Part shown: positions 35,096 through 44,924 of the stretch, in pieces
How the letters are laid out: each line of letters starts with the position of its first letter
Numbering within the stretch: position 1 is the stretch's first letter
Assembly: GCA_017962315.1 (NCBI GenBank)
Contig: JAGCVN010000096.1
Span: 199-64,198 of the forward strand
Reading direction: 5' to 3'
Origin: Kiritimatiellia bacterium
GTDB taxonomy: Bacteria; Verrucomicrobiota; Kiritimatiellia; RFP12; UBA1067
Length of the DNA: 64,000 nt
Position numbers and translations under genes: made by a program
Notes under the pieces: model-generated
Seen by the model: only the letters and a program-made list of their open reading frames with translations
The model's database searches: none
What the model was told of the DNA's origin: nothing

Positions 35096-36295
35096 GTGCA
35101 TCCGTATCACCCGATGAAAAAAACAAGGGTCAGGCGGATCGAGCGGATCGAGCGTTATCTCGTCCGTATTATTCAGCAGCCCGGTGCGGACAAAGGGCAT
35201 CCCTTTCCCGTCCGGCTGCTGCTCGGTTTTCTGAGTTGCGTTTCCTGCCTGTTCAAAGGGATTGTCGCGACCCGTCTGTTTTTTTACCGGACGGGGATTC
35301 TGCGCCGTTTCCCGCTCGGGTGTCAGGTCATCAGCGTCGGGAACATTACGGCGGGCGGCACCGGCAAGACTCCGGTCGTGGAGATTTTCGCACGCGAACT
35401 CCAGAAGTCCGGCCGCAAGGTCGCCATCCTCAGCCGCGGTTACCGCAAGAAGGAGGCGCCCTGGTACCAGCGGCTTTTTAGCGAGAAGATCGAGCCGCCC
35501 CGCGTCGTCAGCGACGGACGGCGTATGTTGCTCGACAGCGAAATGGGCGGCGACGAGCCGTACATGCTCGCCAGCAACCTCCCCGGCGTGGTCGTGCTGG
35601 TTGACAAGAACCGTGTGAAGAGCGGCCGTTACGCCGTCAAGAAATTCGGGTGCGATACGTTGATCCTGGACGACGGTTTCCAGTACCTCAAGCTCCAGCA
35701 CATGCTGGAGATCACGCTTGTGGACAAGACCAACCCCTTCGGCAACGAACATATGTTGCCGCGTGGCGTGTTGCGTGAACCGGTGAAGAACATCGAGCGC
35801 GCCGACTACCTCTTTATCACCAAATCAGACGGTCATTCCGAAGAACTCCGCCGCCGGCTCTCCGAGTTGAACCCGGAGGCCGAAATCATCGAATGCCGCC
35901 ATGAGCCGCGTTACCTGAAGAACGTCTACACCGGCGAGAAAATCACGTTGGACTGGTTGAAGGGGCGTTCCATCGGCACGCTTTCGGGGATTGCCGTGCC
36001 GCAGAGTTTCGAGGATTCGCTCCGGCGCATGGGCGCCCGCGTGATCTACTGCGAACGGTACGCCGACCACCACCGGTACGCGGCCCAGGAGATTATCGAC
36101 GCGCTGAACAAGACCTCCGACATGCACGCGGAGGCGTTGCTCACCACGGAGAAGGATGCCGTGCGGTTCCCTCGACTGGAGACGACGCCGGTCCCCGTCT
36201 ACTACCTGCGCGTCGATATTGAAATCCTGAAAGGCGCCGAGAATTTCCACGAGGCGGTCCAGCACATCTGTTTCGGCAAACGCCACGCGAGGTAA
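35096..36295 (+). CDS. lpxK: tetraacyldisaccharide 4'-kinase
   Basis: The P-loop [18 protein letters not shown], the overall length, and the LDDGFQ motif fit LpxK. Confidence 0.85.
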   Translation: MHPYHPMKKTRVRRIERIERYLVRIIQQPGADKGHPFPVRLLLGFLSCVSCLFKGIVATRLFFYRTGILRRFPLGCQVISVGNITAGGTGKTPVVEIFARELQKSGRKVAILSRGYRKKEAPWYQRLFSEKIEPPRVVSDGRRMLLDSEMGGDEPYMLASNLPGVVVLVDKNRVKSGRYAVKKFGCDTLILDDGFQYLKLQHMLEITLVDKTNPFGNEHMLPRGVLREPVKNIERADYLFITKSDGHSEELRRRLSELNPEAEIIECRHEPRYLKNVYTGEKITLDWLKGRSIGTLSGIAVPQSFEDSLRRMGARVIYCERYADHHRYAAQEIIDALNKTSDMHAEALLTTEKDAVRFPRLETTPVPVYYLRVDIEILKGAENFHEAVQHICFGKRHAR

Positions 36296-36304
36296 ATAAA
36301 CACC

Positions 36305-37117
36305 ATGCATTCCACGCTTTTTTCCATCGGCCCGCTGACCATCCACGCCTACGGAGTGTGCATGGCGCTGGGTTTCCTGCTCGCTTGGCAGGCGATTTCC
36401 TGCCTCTGCAGAAAAACGGGACAACCTTCGGACTACCTTTCCTCCCTGCTGGTCTGGATCATGGTCTGGGCGGTTGCCGGTGCGCGGGTCGCCTACGTGT
36501 TGGAGCACTGGACGGTTGAGTTCCGCGATGCCCCGCTTGCCATTTTCCGGATTGACCAGGGCGGGTTGATGTTTTACGGCGGTTTCATCGGGGCGGCGGT
36601 CACGCTCCTCGTATATGCGCGCCTGCTCCGCAAACCGTTCCTGGAGATCACCGACCTGTTGTTGACGGGGTTGCCGCTCGGCCATGCGTTCGGGCGTGTG
36701 GGGTGTTTCTTCCATGGATGCTGCTACGGCGCCCTGACGGACGGACTGCTCGGCATCCGTTTCCCGAAAGGTTCGCCCGCGTGGTGGGAACAGACGGTGT
36801 CGGGGGCACTCCCGCAGACGGCAGAAGCTTCGCTACCGGTCTTGCCGACGCAATTTTTCGAGGCAGCGCTCAACGCGGCGTTATTTGCGCTACTCTTCGC
36901 CCTCTACCCGAAACGTTACCGGAAAGTCGGGTTCACCAGTGCGTTCTACTGCTGCGCCTACGGGGTCATCCGTTTCGCCATGGAATACCTGCGGGGCGAC
37001 CAGCGGATGGCTCTCTTCGGTCTTTCCATCGGGCAGTGCATCAGTCTCGGCGTGTTCGCGACGGGCGTCATCCTCTTTGCCCGGTGCGCCGCTGCCGGCG
37101 CCGCCGGGCGGCGGTGA
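36305..37117 (+). CDS. lgt: prolipoprotein diacylglyceryl transferase
   Basis: GPLTIHAYGVCMALGF, GGLMFYGG and GRVGCFFHGCCYG are Lgt signatures. Confidence 0.9.
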   Translation: MHSTLFSIGPLTIHAYGVCMALGFLLAWQAISCLCRKTGQPSDYLSSLLVWIMVWAVAGARVAYVLEHWTVEFRDAPLAIFRIDQGGLMFYGGFIGAAVTLLVYARLLRKPFLEITDLLLTGLPLGHAFGRVGCFFHGCCYGALTDGLLGIRFPKGSPAWWEQTVSGALPQTAEASLPVLPTQFFEAALNAALFALLFALYPKRYRKVGFTSAFYCCAYGVIRFAMEYLRGDQRMALFGLSIGQCISLGVFATGVILFARCAAAGAAGRR

Positions 37118-37179
37118 CCCGCACGCGACGATCGCGTTCGGGGAAATGACAGCCCCGTCCCCGGTTTGCGCCGCTTGGT

Positions 37180-38538
37180 CTAGGGGGCGAGGAGTTCGCC
37201 GTAGAGCGTCTGAGGCGCGGCGCGGGTGATGCGAACCGGTACGACCGTCCCTTCCCGGACACCGGGGCGAGGCTCAAAGACCACAATCTTGTTTCCGTCG
37301 CTCCGTCCCGACCAGCGCGAGGCGTTACGTAGGCTGCGCCCTTCCGCCAACACCTGCTGAACGGTTCCGACAAGCCGTTCGTTCTGCGCCTGTCCGCGCC
37401 TGTCCTGGTCGGCGAGCAACACTTGGTCGCGACGGCATTTCTCTGCGTCGTCCACGTCGTCCTCCCAGGCTGCGGAGGGGGTCCCCGGGCGCGGCGAGTA
37501 TTTGAAAATAAAGGCGTTTCCGAAGTCCGCCGCGTCCATCAGCGTCCGCGTCTCTTCGAAGTCTGCCTCTGTTTCGCCGGGAAATCCGACAATCACGTCG
37601 GTTGTCAACACGAAGTCCGGCATGGCGGCTCGGAGTTTCGCGCACGCCTCTAGGTAGCCTTCCCGCGTGTACCCGCGCCGCATCCGCTTCAAGACGGGAT
37701 CGGCCCCGGACTGTACCGGAAGGTGGAGGTGGTGGCAGAGGTGCGGAAGCGAGGACATGGCGCGGACGAGTTCGTCCGTGACGCCCGACGGATGGCCGGA
37801 TGTGAACCGCACCCGCAGGATGCCGGGAATCGCGTCCACCGCCTCCAGCAGCCGAGCGAACGGTTCCGTGAAGCCACGTTCGCTTGGCGGGTCGTCATCG
37901 AACCAGACGGGGTTCATACGCCCGTAGTTCATCACGCTCTGACCGAGGAGGGTCACTTCCCGGACACCGCGCTTGGCGAGCGCGGCGATTTCGGCGACGA
38001 TCTCCCGCGCCGGACGGCTGTACTCGCGGCCGCGCACATCCGGTACGATACAGTAGGCGCAACGCCGGTTGCAGCCCAGCAGAATCGTCACGAATGCCGA
38101 AAAACCGAGGTCGGCGTGGGCTTCCGGCGCATCGGGGATTTCGTCGGGCGAGGAAAGCTCCGTGATGCCGCGCTCACCCGCCTGCACACGCGCGACGAGC
38201 GAGGGGATGGCCCCGTTGCGCCGCGTTCCGACAGAGAAATCCAGCTTCGGGACTTTTGCAAAGATTTCGCGTCCGAGCCGTTGCGCCATGCATCCCATCA
38301 ACCCGATGACGCGGCCGGGGCGTTCGCGTTTCGTGGCACACAACAGTCCGAGTTTACCGATGGCTTTGTCCTCCGCTTTCTCGCGGACGCTGCAGGAATT
38401 GACGATGACCAGATCGGCGTCGTCTTCCTTTCCCGCCTGTTCGTAACCGGCCGCGGCGAGCAGTGCGGAGACCGCTTCGGAATCGCGCACGTTCATCTGA
38501 CAGCCGTAGGTATGGATAAAAAACGTCACCTTCGCCAT
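37180..38538 (-). CDS. miaB: tRNA-i6A37 methylthiotransferase
   Basis: FFIHTYGCQMNVRDSE (UPF0004 domain), GCNRRCAYCIVP (radical SAM) and a C-terminal TRAM domain. Confidence 0.9.
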   Translation of the reverse strand: MAKVTFFIHTYGCQMNVRDSEAVSALLAAAGYEQAGKEDDADLVIVNSCSVREKAEDKAIGKLGLLCATKRERPGRVIGLMGCMAQRLGREIFAKVPKLDFSVGTRRNGAIPSLVARVQAGERGITELSSPDEIPDAPEAHADLGFSAFVTILLGCNRRCAYCIVPDVRGREYSRPAREIVAEIAALAKRGVREVTLLGQSVMNYGRMNPVWFDDDPPSERGFTEPFARLLEAVDAIPGILRVRFTSGHPSGVTDELVRAMSSLPHLCHHLHLPVQSGADPVLKRMRRGYTREGYLEACAKLRAAMPDFVLTTDVIVGFPGETEADFEETRTLMDAADFGNAFIFKYSPRPGTPSAAWEDDVDDAEKCRRDQVLLADQDRRGQAQNERLVGTVQQVLAEGRSLRNASRWSGRSDGNKIVVFEPRPGVREGTVVPVRITRAAPQTLYGELLAP

Positions 38539-38544
38539 CCTGTC

Positions 38545-40785
38545 TTATTTCGTGATGAGCCGGCTGCGGAACGCGCAGTCCGGATGGAACCTAGGGAGTG
38601 AGAACGTGAGCTTGCCGTCCGCGCCCACGCGCAGATCGAGTTTCCGGAGGATGCCTCCCCGCGCCGTCTCGAAGAATTCGACGCGGTGGATGCCGGGCGT
38701 CATCGCGGAAAGGGTCACCTCCACCTTTTTCGCCTGGACGGGCGGTTGTGCGGCGCGCGCGTTCGGCGGGTAGACATAACCGCGCGCGGCGTCCGGCGCG
38801 GCGGTTCCGACGGCGAGGAACCCTTTCGCGTCCTCTCCCGTCAACGAGGGGGCGACGCGCTTGGCGGCGGGATTCTGGAAATCGATCCCGTCGGTGAACT
38901 GTTTCAGCGCGGCGTAACGGGGGTAGAGGTTGTTTTCGTCGATAACCTGCCACCACCAGAACATCGGTGTCCCCGCGAGCGGGAGGCAGACGCCCGCCCA
39001 GAGGCCGATGTGCTGCTCGGAAAGGATGTGTTGGAGACTGGCGGCCATCGGGCTGCCGCCAAACTCCGTCACGAGGATCGGCCGCTGGAAACCGTTCCCC
39101 TTGTCCGCCGTTTCGGCGAGCAGGGTTGCGATCCGTTCCGGGGGATCGAAATGGTAGGCGTCGACGGCGTTGAAGTCCATGTTGGAATAGGTGCAGATCA
39201 CGGGGTTGAGCGTGCGGTGGTCGATGGAGACGTGCGTGGTGACCAGGTGGCGGTTTGGGTCGATGCCGTGGAGGTAGTCCGTCATCGAGCAGCACCATTC
39301 GACGACGTTCGTCTCGAAATTGGTCCGCTGGGTGTGTTTGTCTCCGGCGAGGTTGATCTCGCTGCACAACTCGTAGCTGAAGATTGTCGGATCCCACCCC
39401 CAGCGAGCCTGGGTGTACCGCATGAACCGTTTCTGCATTTCGATCGCGCGTGGATCGTCGAAGAACTCGATGGCGTTGGTCAGCCAGCCTCCCGTCGCCT
39501 TGTTGTAGGGGTGCAGTCGCCACTGCGGGTCGCACCATGAGCTGACGCGTCCGTGGTAGTTCAACACGAGGTTGACGCGGATGCCGTTCGCGGCCGCCAG
39601 CCCCAGTACCTGGTCCAGCTCCCAGGCGTTGCGCAGATGGTAGTCGCCCGCGCCGTGGTATCCGCCGATGCCCTCCGCCCATTCGATGCCGAGCGACCAG
39701 TCGCTCATCCAGACCTCGGCCCAATTCTCTCCGTTTTCGCGCATCCGGGCGAAGTAGCGTTCGTAGACGACGGTGCCTTCGTTGAACCGGAACCGCCAGG
39801 GGTACTTGTCGTCCATGCGGGAATCGGTGGGGGAACGCACATTGTGCCCGATCGGGTAGTAGGGGGTGCCGTCATCGAACGCGAAGTAGCGGGCGTCCTT
39901 CTTTGAGACGCGGACGAATCCGTGCGCGTCTTCCGGCCTGGCTTCGGCCGCCGTGAAGCGCAGGGCGTTGGTCCAGACGGTTTCCCCAAAACGGTCTTTC
40001 GCGTAGAGTGTGACCGCGTAACCGCCGGGAAGGAGGGGACAGTACCGGAGGCGCCACTCCGGCGCGCCGTTCGGTTCGACAGGCGCGGCAAGCTCGTCGC
40101 GCAGGCGGTAGCAGGGCTGGTAGTAAAACGCCGTCACATGGTCGATGCGGCCTGTCGGGCCGGTGATTCGCGCCCCCGCGTCGATACAGGCCGGGTCGAA
40201 CGGATTGGCGTAACGGTCGGGCAGGGCGAACGCCGCCTCGTAACAGGCGAACGCGCGCGGTTCGCGGGTCAGGCTACGGAGTCCGGTGAAGCGCGGCGCA
40301 CCCGACGGCTTGCGCAGGGCGAGAGAGGCGGAGACGACGTCGCAACGCCCGGTCGCCGCCGCGCTTCCGAAGACGCGCAGCCCGATGGACTGCGGGTTGA
40401 GGCGCGTCCGGTAATGCCACGCGGGCGGCCGTCCGGGTACGCGCCACCCGGCGGCATTGGCGGCGAAGGGAATGGCGAGCACGTTCGTCACGCCCGGTAC
40501 AAGGGGGGGCTCCAGGATATGCTGGAACCAGTTGTCGTCTCGGTCTTTCAGCCAGGCCAGCGCGCGGAAGGCTCCGGCTGGCGCGTCCGCCCGGAGGAAG
40601 ACGTCGGCGTAGAGGATGTCCGCCTCCAGCCAGACGGCGGCGTTCGTGTGGGAGAAGGCAAAATTGACCTCCTGTGTCACGGCGGAAGGCGCGGGGACGA
40701 CGGTCAGCGCGACCTGTTCCGCGTGCACGGCGGAAAGGACGGCGAGCAGGAAGGCGGGAACGGGGAAGATGCGGCGCAGGGTCAT
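38545..40785 (-). CDS. secreted DUF5060-like N-terminal domain + GH-A (GH5-like) TIM-barrel protein
   Basis: A signal peptide is present. YEAAFALPDRYANPFDP...ITGPTGRIDHVTAFYY resembles DUF5060. ILVTEFGG is a candidate nucleophile. Substrate unknown. Confidence 0.45.
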   Translation of the reverse strand: MTLRRIFPVPAFLLAVLSAVHAEQVALTVVPAPSAVTQEVNFAFSHTNAAVWLEADILYADVFLRADAPAGAFRALAWLKDRDDNWFQHILEPPLVPGVTNVLAIPFAANAAGWRVPGRPPAWHYRTRLNPQSIGLRVFGSAAATGRCDVVSASLALRKPSGAPRFTGLRSLTREPRAFACYEAAFALPDRYANPFDPACIDAGARITGPTGRIDHVTAFYYQPCYRLRDELAAPVEPNGAPEWRLRYCPLLPGGYAVTLYAKDRFGETVWTNALRFTAAEARPEDAHGFVRVSKKDARYFAFDDGTPYYPIGHNVRSPTDSRMDDKYPWRFRFNEGTVVYERYFARMRENGENWAEVWMSDWSLGIEWAEGIGGYHGAGDYHLRNAWELDQVLGLAAANGIRVNLVLNYHGRVSSWCDPQWRLHPYNKATGGWLTNAIEFFDDPRAIEMQKRFMRYTQARWGWDPTIFSYELCSEINLAGDKHTQRTNFETNVVEWCCSMTDYLHGIDPNRHLVTTHVSIDHRTLNPVICTYSNMDFNAVDAYHFDPPERIATLLAETADKGNGFQRPILVTEFGGSPMAASLQHILSEQHIGLWAGVCLPLAGTPMFWWWQVIDENNLYPRYAALKQFTDGIDFQNPAAKRVAPSLTGEDAKGFLAVGTAAPDAARGYVYPPNARAAQPPVQAKKVEVTLSAMTPGIHRVEFFETARGGILRKLDLRVGADGKLTFSLPRFHPDCAFRSRLITK

Positions 40786-40794
40786 AACGGCGGT

Positions 40795-41325
40795 TTAGCG
40801 GAGTTTCCGTTTACGGGAAGGGGAGGGGTGGTAGAACATCAGGACGATGTTCTTCAGGTGTTCGGCGAGGTCCGGATCGGTCGTCCAGATGTCGTCCTGG
40901 TTCCCCGTCGTCTTGTTGTTGATGTTGGCGAACGCGAAGATCGCCTCGTTGGAATGGACGTTGCTGCTCCACTTGTACCGCTTCTTGAAAAGGCCCGCAT
41001 CGACGAGCTGCTGGAAGTAGAGATGGACTTCGGCGGGGTCGAGGGTCAGTCGGTTCTGTCGGATGTCCGCCCATCCCACGTCCTTCGTGTTCGCCGCGAA
41101 CTCGTTGGAGACAAGCGCGCTCGTGCCTTCGCGGACATCAATGAGCCCTGATCCGTTAATGTGGAGCTTGACACGTGTGATCGGCTTGCGGCGGTAATTG
41201 AAGTAATGGATCTCCAGCCAGTTCAGACCGGACTCCTTGACCTCGAAGATCGGGTCCTCGTTTACGAAACGGCAACCGCAGACGGCGGCGGCGAGGATGC
41301 AAAAAAAGGCAATAAACGTTTTCAC
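40795..41325 (-). CDS. lipoprotein of unknown function
   Basis: MKTFIAFFCILAAAVCGC looks like a lipobox-type signal. No recognisable domain. Confidence 0.5.
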   Translation of the reverse strand: MKTFIAFFCILAAAVCGCRFVNEDPIFEVKESGLNWLEIHYFNYRRKPITRVKLHINGSGLIDVREGTSALVSNEFAANTKDVGWADIRQNRLTLDPAEVHLYFQQLVDAGLFKKRYKWSSNVHSNEAIFAFANINNKTTGNQDDIWTTDPDLAEHLKNIVLMFYHPSPSRKRKLR

Positions 41326-41473
41326 GGTTTCCCCCCTTGAAAAACAACGGGGAAAGTGTAGCAGACATCTCTGGAATGCGCATTAAATTTTTCCTCTTCT
41401 TTTTCGCGCTTTTCACGCTTGTCAAAGCCTGCTTTGACGGGTATACTGTTCCCCGTTTTTTACAGGGAGGGGT

Positions 41474-42691
41474 ATGCGCACGTTCCGTTTTTTCCTACAT
41501 CGTCTGTCCGTCACCTTGCTCGCCGCAACCGTCGCGGCGGGCGCGGCGGTCTGCTTTGCCGCCGACGCCCCGTTGATCCAGGTCGTGAAAAAGGGGTCCG
41601 GCAAGAACGTCGTTTCCGTTTCAGGGATCCGGACGAACGGGCGTAACGGAAAGCTTTTCGTCCAGGCGCTCACGCGCGACCTCGACCTGTCGGGGTGGCT
41701 CAAGACTGGCGACGGCGGTTCGGTCACGGTCCGCGGCGAGGTCGCCGACACCGGCGCGGGCATTTCGTCGCAGCTGATGGTGCAGTGGCCGGGCAAGCGG
41801 TTCGCGTGGAACCGCGTCTCGATGGGCAATGCGGAAATCCGCAACCAGGCGCACAGGCTTTCCGATGAGATCGTCAAGCAGATCGCGGGCGAGACGGGGA
41901 ACGCGCAGTCGAAAATCGTCTTCGTCAACCGCAAGGGCCCGAACAAGGGCGATGTCTACATCTGCGACGCGAACGGCATGGGCGTTTCGCAGGTCACGCA
42001 CGACAACATTGCCTGCGTCGGCCCCCGCTGGTCGCCGGACGCCTCCTCCATCTATTACACGAGCTTCCTGCGCGGCTACCCCGAAGTCTACCGCCTTTCG
42101 TTGAACCCACTCGGACGCAAGCCGCTCGCCTCGTTCAAAGGACTGAACACCGGCGCGGCCATCGCGCCGGACGGCCGCCGCGCCGCGATAGTCCTTTCCT
42201 ACCAGGGAAACCCGGAGCTCTACGTCCTCGACCTCGCCAGCGGTTACCTGCAGCGCATGACGAAGACGCCGCGCGGTTCCGAGGCAAGTCCGGCCTGGTC
42301 GCCTGACGGCGCTTCCATCGCCTATGTCACCGACATCACCGGCAAGCCGCAGATCTACCTGCTGAACGTCGCAACGCGCCGGTCTGTACGCCTGACCTAC
42401 ACCGGTACCGAGAACGTGAACCCCGACTGGAACAAGAAGGGGCAGATCGTCTATGCCAGCAAGCGCGGCGGCGGGTTCCGCATCTACACGATGACGGCGC
42501 GGGGGGACGGTGGTTCGCAGTCCGTCGATTCGCCCTACGACGCCGAACACCCCTCTTGGGCCCCGGACGGCCGCCACGTCGTCTGCAACGCGCGCGGGGC
42601 GCTATACATTCTCGACACGCAGGGCGACGCCCCTGTCCGCCTGTTCAACATTCCGGGAAACTGGATGTCCCCGGATTGGTCGGGCCGGTGA
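41474..42691 (+). CDS. tolB: Tol-Pal system beta-propeller protein TolB
   Basis: A signal peptide is present. WSPDG/APDG blade motifs repeat (PRWSPDASSIYY, APDGRRAAIV, AWSPDGASIAY, SWAPDGRHVV). pal is immediately downstream. Confidence 0.85.
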   Translation: MRTFRFFLHRLSVTLLAATVAAGAAVCFAADAPLIQVVKKGSGKNVVSVSGIRTNGRNGKLFVQALTRDLDLSGWLKTGDGGSVTVRGEVADTGAGISSQLMVQWPGKRFAWNRVSMGNAEIRNQAHRLSDEIVKQIAGETGNAQSKIVFVNRKGPNKGDVYICDANGMGVSQVTHDNIACVGPRWSPDASSIYYTSFLRGYPEVYRLSLNPLGRKPLASFKGLNTGAAIAPDGRRAAIVLSYQGNPELYVLDLASGYLQRMTKTPRGSEASPAWSPDGASIAYVTDITGKPQIYLLNVATRRSVRLTYTGTENVNPDWNKKGQIVYASKRGGGFRIYTMTARGDGGSQSVDSPYDAEHPSWAPDGRHVVCNARGALYILDTQGDAPVRLFNIPGNWMSPDWSGR

Positions 42692-42725
42692 CGAGAACCC
42701 ACAAACGAAACGAGGAGAGTAAGTC

Positions 42726-43304
42726 ATGAAAATGCGTTCATTGATGATGGTTACCGCCCTGTTGGGCACGATGGTTCTCACGGATACCGGCTGCCGCACG
42801 AAAGCCGGCGGATGGCGCTGGCCCTGGCAGAAGGACACCACCGCCCTGTCAAACGGTGTCGAACTGGAGAACTCCGACATCGACACCGATCTCCCGACGG
42901 TCACGGACGAGGCTGGAACGCCGGTTTCGGGCGCCCGCTTCGAAGATTCCCTGCAGAAGGTCCAGGGTCTGCATCTCGAACCCGTCTACTTCGGTTTCGA
43001 CAGCTACTCGGTCCCGCCCTCCGAACTGCCGAAGATCCAGGCGGTCGCCACCTACCTCCAGGAGAACGCCCAGCACGTCCTGGTCGTCGAAGGGCACTGC
43101 GACGAACGCGGCAGCAACGAGTACAACCTTTCCCTCGGTGAGAACCGCGCCCAGACCGTCCGCACCGCGCTGGTGAACCTCGGCATTGCCGCCGACCGTA
43201 TCCAGACCCGTAGCTTCGGCGAGGAGAAGCCCGCCGTCCAGGGCAGCGGCGAAGAAGTCTGGCGCCTGAACCGCCGCGGCGAGTTCTCCGTCTACCAACA
43301 GTAG
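42726..43304 (+). CDS. pal: peptidoglycan-associated lipoprotein (OmpA-family)
   Basis: The lipobox is LTDTGC. The OmpA-like block is VYFGFDSYSV...VEGHCDERGSNEYNLSLGENRAQTV. Confidence 0.85.
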   Translation: MKMRSLMMVTALLGTMVLTDTGCRTKAGGWRWPWQKDTTALSNGVELENSDIDTDLPTVTDEAGTPVSGARFEDSLQKVQGLHLEPVYFGFDSYSVPPSELPKIQAVATYLQENAQHVLVVEGHCDERGSNEYNLSLGENRAQTVRTALVNLGIAADRIQTRSFGEEKPAVQGSGEEVWRLNRRGEFSVYQQ

Positions 43305-43319
43305 TCGGATATCCGGCGA

Positions 43320-43814
43320 ATGTCGCACGTATCCATAGATCCGGCGTTTATCTTCGGTTCCGCCGGGGCGGGCGAGTGGATTATCCTGTTCATCGTAATC
43401 CTGATCGTCGTAGGGCCGAAACGGCTTCCCGACGTCGCGCGCAAGATCGGCCGCATGATGGAGATGTTCCGTCGTGCGGCGGATGAGTTCAAGCGCCAGA
43501 TTATGACGATGGACCAGCCGCCCCCGCCACCCTACGATCCGCCGCCGACGCAGACGGATTACGACACCGACGGTTCTTCCGACCCCTACGGTAATGCCGG
43601 TCAGGAGGATTATGCGGAGGAGGATCGGTTCGACGAGGCGGAGCGTTACGGCGAGAACGGCGAATTGCTGGATCCTTCGGAACTGGGGGATGCGTCGGAG
43701 GCAGGCGAACCGGACACCTCCGACGCGCCTCCCCCGGAGTCTGGTGCGTCCGCCGGGAATGTGGACGCGCCGGAGGCCGCCCCTTCCGGTGGGGAGGAGG
43801 AGCGTAAGGCATGA
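43320..43814 (+). CDS. tatA: TatA/TatB-family twin-arginine translocase subunit with long acidic Pro-rich tail
   Basis: GEWIILFIVILIVVGPKRLPDVARKIG is the TatA/B TM plus hinge motif. About 100 aa of D/E/P-rich tail follow. The exact start is uncertain. Confidence 0.75.
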   Translation: MSHVSIDPAFIFGSAGAGEWIILFIVILIVVGPKRLPDVARKIGRMMEMFRRAADEFKRQIMTMDQPPPPPYDPPPTQTDYDTDGSSDPYGNAGQEDYAEEDRFDEAERYGENGELLDPSELGDASEAGEPDTSDAPPPESGASAGNVDAPEAAPSGGEEERKA

Positions 43815-44785
43815 AGCTGGGGCGTTTCAACCTGAAATGGTTTCCGAGGGTTTCGGGAGGAGAAGACGAGTACAACGACCCGCCTAAGCCTTTCATGGAA
43901 CATCTGTACGAGCTGCGCGACTGTCTGGTGAAATGTGTGATCGCCTGGGTCGTGTGCGTGATCGTCGTCATCCCTTTCGCCCCGAAGATCAACGAATGGA
44001 TCATGGCGCCGGCGCAGGACGCGAAAACCATGATCCAGGGATTGACGTGGACGGTCGGCTTCTCCGTCATCATGAAGATTATGATGTGGGGCGGCACCGC
44101 GATCGCCATGCCGTTCCTGCTCGCGTTTATCATGCAGTTCGTCTTCCCTGGACTCAAGCGCAGCGAACGGAACATCATCGTTTTCGTCCTTGTCACGTCC
44201 ACCGTGTTTTTCCTAGGCGGCGTCTGGATGGCGTATTCGACCACGCTCCAGGTCGCGCTCCGCCTTTTTCAGGACGTCAATCGCTGGATGGGCATCAATA
44301 TGACGATCATCACGATGGAGGAACATATTTCCATCGTGATCAAGACGATCGTCGCGTTCGGTCTCGCGTTCCAGCTCCCGCTGTTGTTGTTGGCGCTCGG
44401 ATGGATTGGTATGATTTCCTCCGACACGCTGGCGGGTAAACGCCGGATCGCGATCGTCACGATTTTCATTCTCGCGATGGTTCTGACGCCGCCAGACCCG
44501 CTTTCGCAGATGGTAATGGCGCTCCCCATGTGCCTTCTCTACGAAGTCTGCATCTGGGTGATCCGCCTCCGCGAGGTGGCGACGGGACGCCGTTCCACCG
44601 ATGCGGAGAAGAAAGACGGACCGAAACTGCTGATTTTGTTTATCCTGTTGGCGTTGTTGATCGCGGGCGGCATCCTTCTTTTCCGCCGGGCCTCGCTTGC
44701 GCGGCAAAGTCCCGCCCCTGCGTCTGTAGCCGTGCCCGCAGACAATACGAATGAAGTGGTTAACCCGCCCTCCGCTGTGGAATAA
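43811..44785 (+). CDS. tatC: twin-arginine translocase subunit TatC
   Basis: FMEHLYELRDCL is followed by six TM segments and LTPPDPLSQ. The start overlaps the tatA stop. Confidence 0.85.
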   Translation: MKLGRFNLKWFPRVSGGEDEYNDPPKPFMEHLYELRDCLVKCVIAWVVCVIVVIPFAPKINEWIMAPAQDAKTMIQGLTWTVGFSVIMKIMMWGGTAIAMPFLLAFIMQFVFPGLKRSERNIIVFVLVTSTVFFLGGVWMAYSTTLQVALRLFQDVNRWMGINMTIITMEEHISIVIKTIVAFGLAFQLPLLLLALGWIGMISSDTLAGKRRIAIVTIFILAMVLTPPDPLSQMVMALPMCLLYEVCIWVIRLREVATGRRSTDAEKKDGPKLLILFILLALLIAGGILLFRRASLARQSPAPASVAVPADNTNEVVNPPSAVE

Positions 44786-44793
44786 AAATTGTC

Positions 44794-44822
44794 TTGCGAT
44801 TTACAAAAAAATCGAACATAAT
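44794..44822 (+). promoter_or_regulatory. candidate sigma70-type promoter of the giant-protein operon
   Basis: TTGCGA (44794-44799), a 17-nt A/T-rich spacer, then CATAAT (44817-44822). It sits about 100 nt upstream of the ATG at 44925. Confidence 0.35.
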
Positions 44823-44924
44823 TTTCACGCTTCATTTCTCTGGTTCTGGAGAAACATTGACGGGGAATGGCAGATTAAGTGATTTGCCCCGTTGGTTCTT
44901 CGGAGGTTTTGTAAGGAAAAGACG

